A stretch of DNA of 64,000 nt from Octopus sinensis (Eukaryota). Shown here piece by piece: positions 63,944 to 64,000 of this stretch. The notes under the pieces are model-generated. The model saw only the letters and a program-made list of their open reading frames with translations, had not been told where the DNA came from and did not search any database. The stretch spans positions 58,838,001 through 58,902,000 of the forward strand of contig NC_043007.1 of assembly GCF_006345805.1 (NCBI RefSeq). The letters are read 5' to 3'. Numbering within the stretch: position 1 is the stretch's first letter; each line of letters opens with the position of its first letter. The translations under genes were made by a program, and so were the position numbers.

Positions 63944-64000
63944 CTTTGAAGAAGCAAAATCAGCAAACCATTTGTTGATGGGGAAAAATATACACAGCTT

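Overview
AT-rich, repeat-dense animal genomic DNA, most likely an octopus (inferred from the tRNA-derived SINE, RTE-LINE and mariner repertoire; not database-checked). It holds three intron-containing genes. (1) SNRPD2/Sm D2 on the minus strand: coding exons at 10734-10913 and 7357-7531; its tiny first coding exon is unresolved, with candidates at 33669-33673 or ending at 25688. (2) A complete FKBP2/FKBP13 on the plus strand: a likely 5' UTR exon ending at 34074 and four coding exons at 38732-44379, giving 144 aa with a signal peptide and C-terminal KEEL. (3) The 3' part of a ZFAND3-like AN1 zinc-finger gene on the minus strand (exons 61303-61412 and 59511-59662), plus three candidate in-frame cassette exons. 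The rest is mostly mobile-element debris: several Tc1/mariner families (one full-length 1291-bp DD34D copy and one DD37D copy), piggyBac-type elements and MITEs, hAT MITEs, a Helentron-like HINE, many RTE LINE fragments, an R4/Dong-like REL-domain fragment, a Gypsy LTR+gag remnant and at least four SINE families. The most interesting signals are two minimal type-I hammerhead ribozyme motifs (30089-30140, and 36169-36206 sense within FKBP2 intron 1), a phase-consistent chain of ZFAND3 candidate exons with an 11-nt complementary pair around two of them, and the SNRPD2 start-codon and possible bidirectional-promoter puzzle. Repeat boundaries are hand-estimated unless TIR/TSD positions are given.
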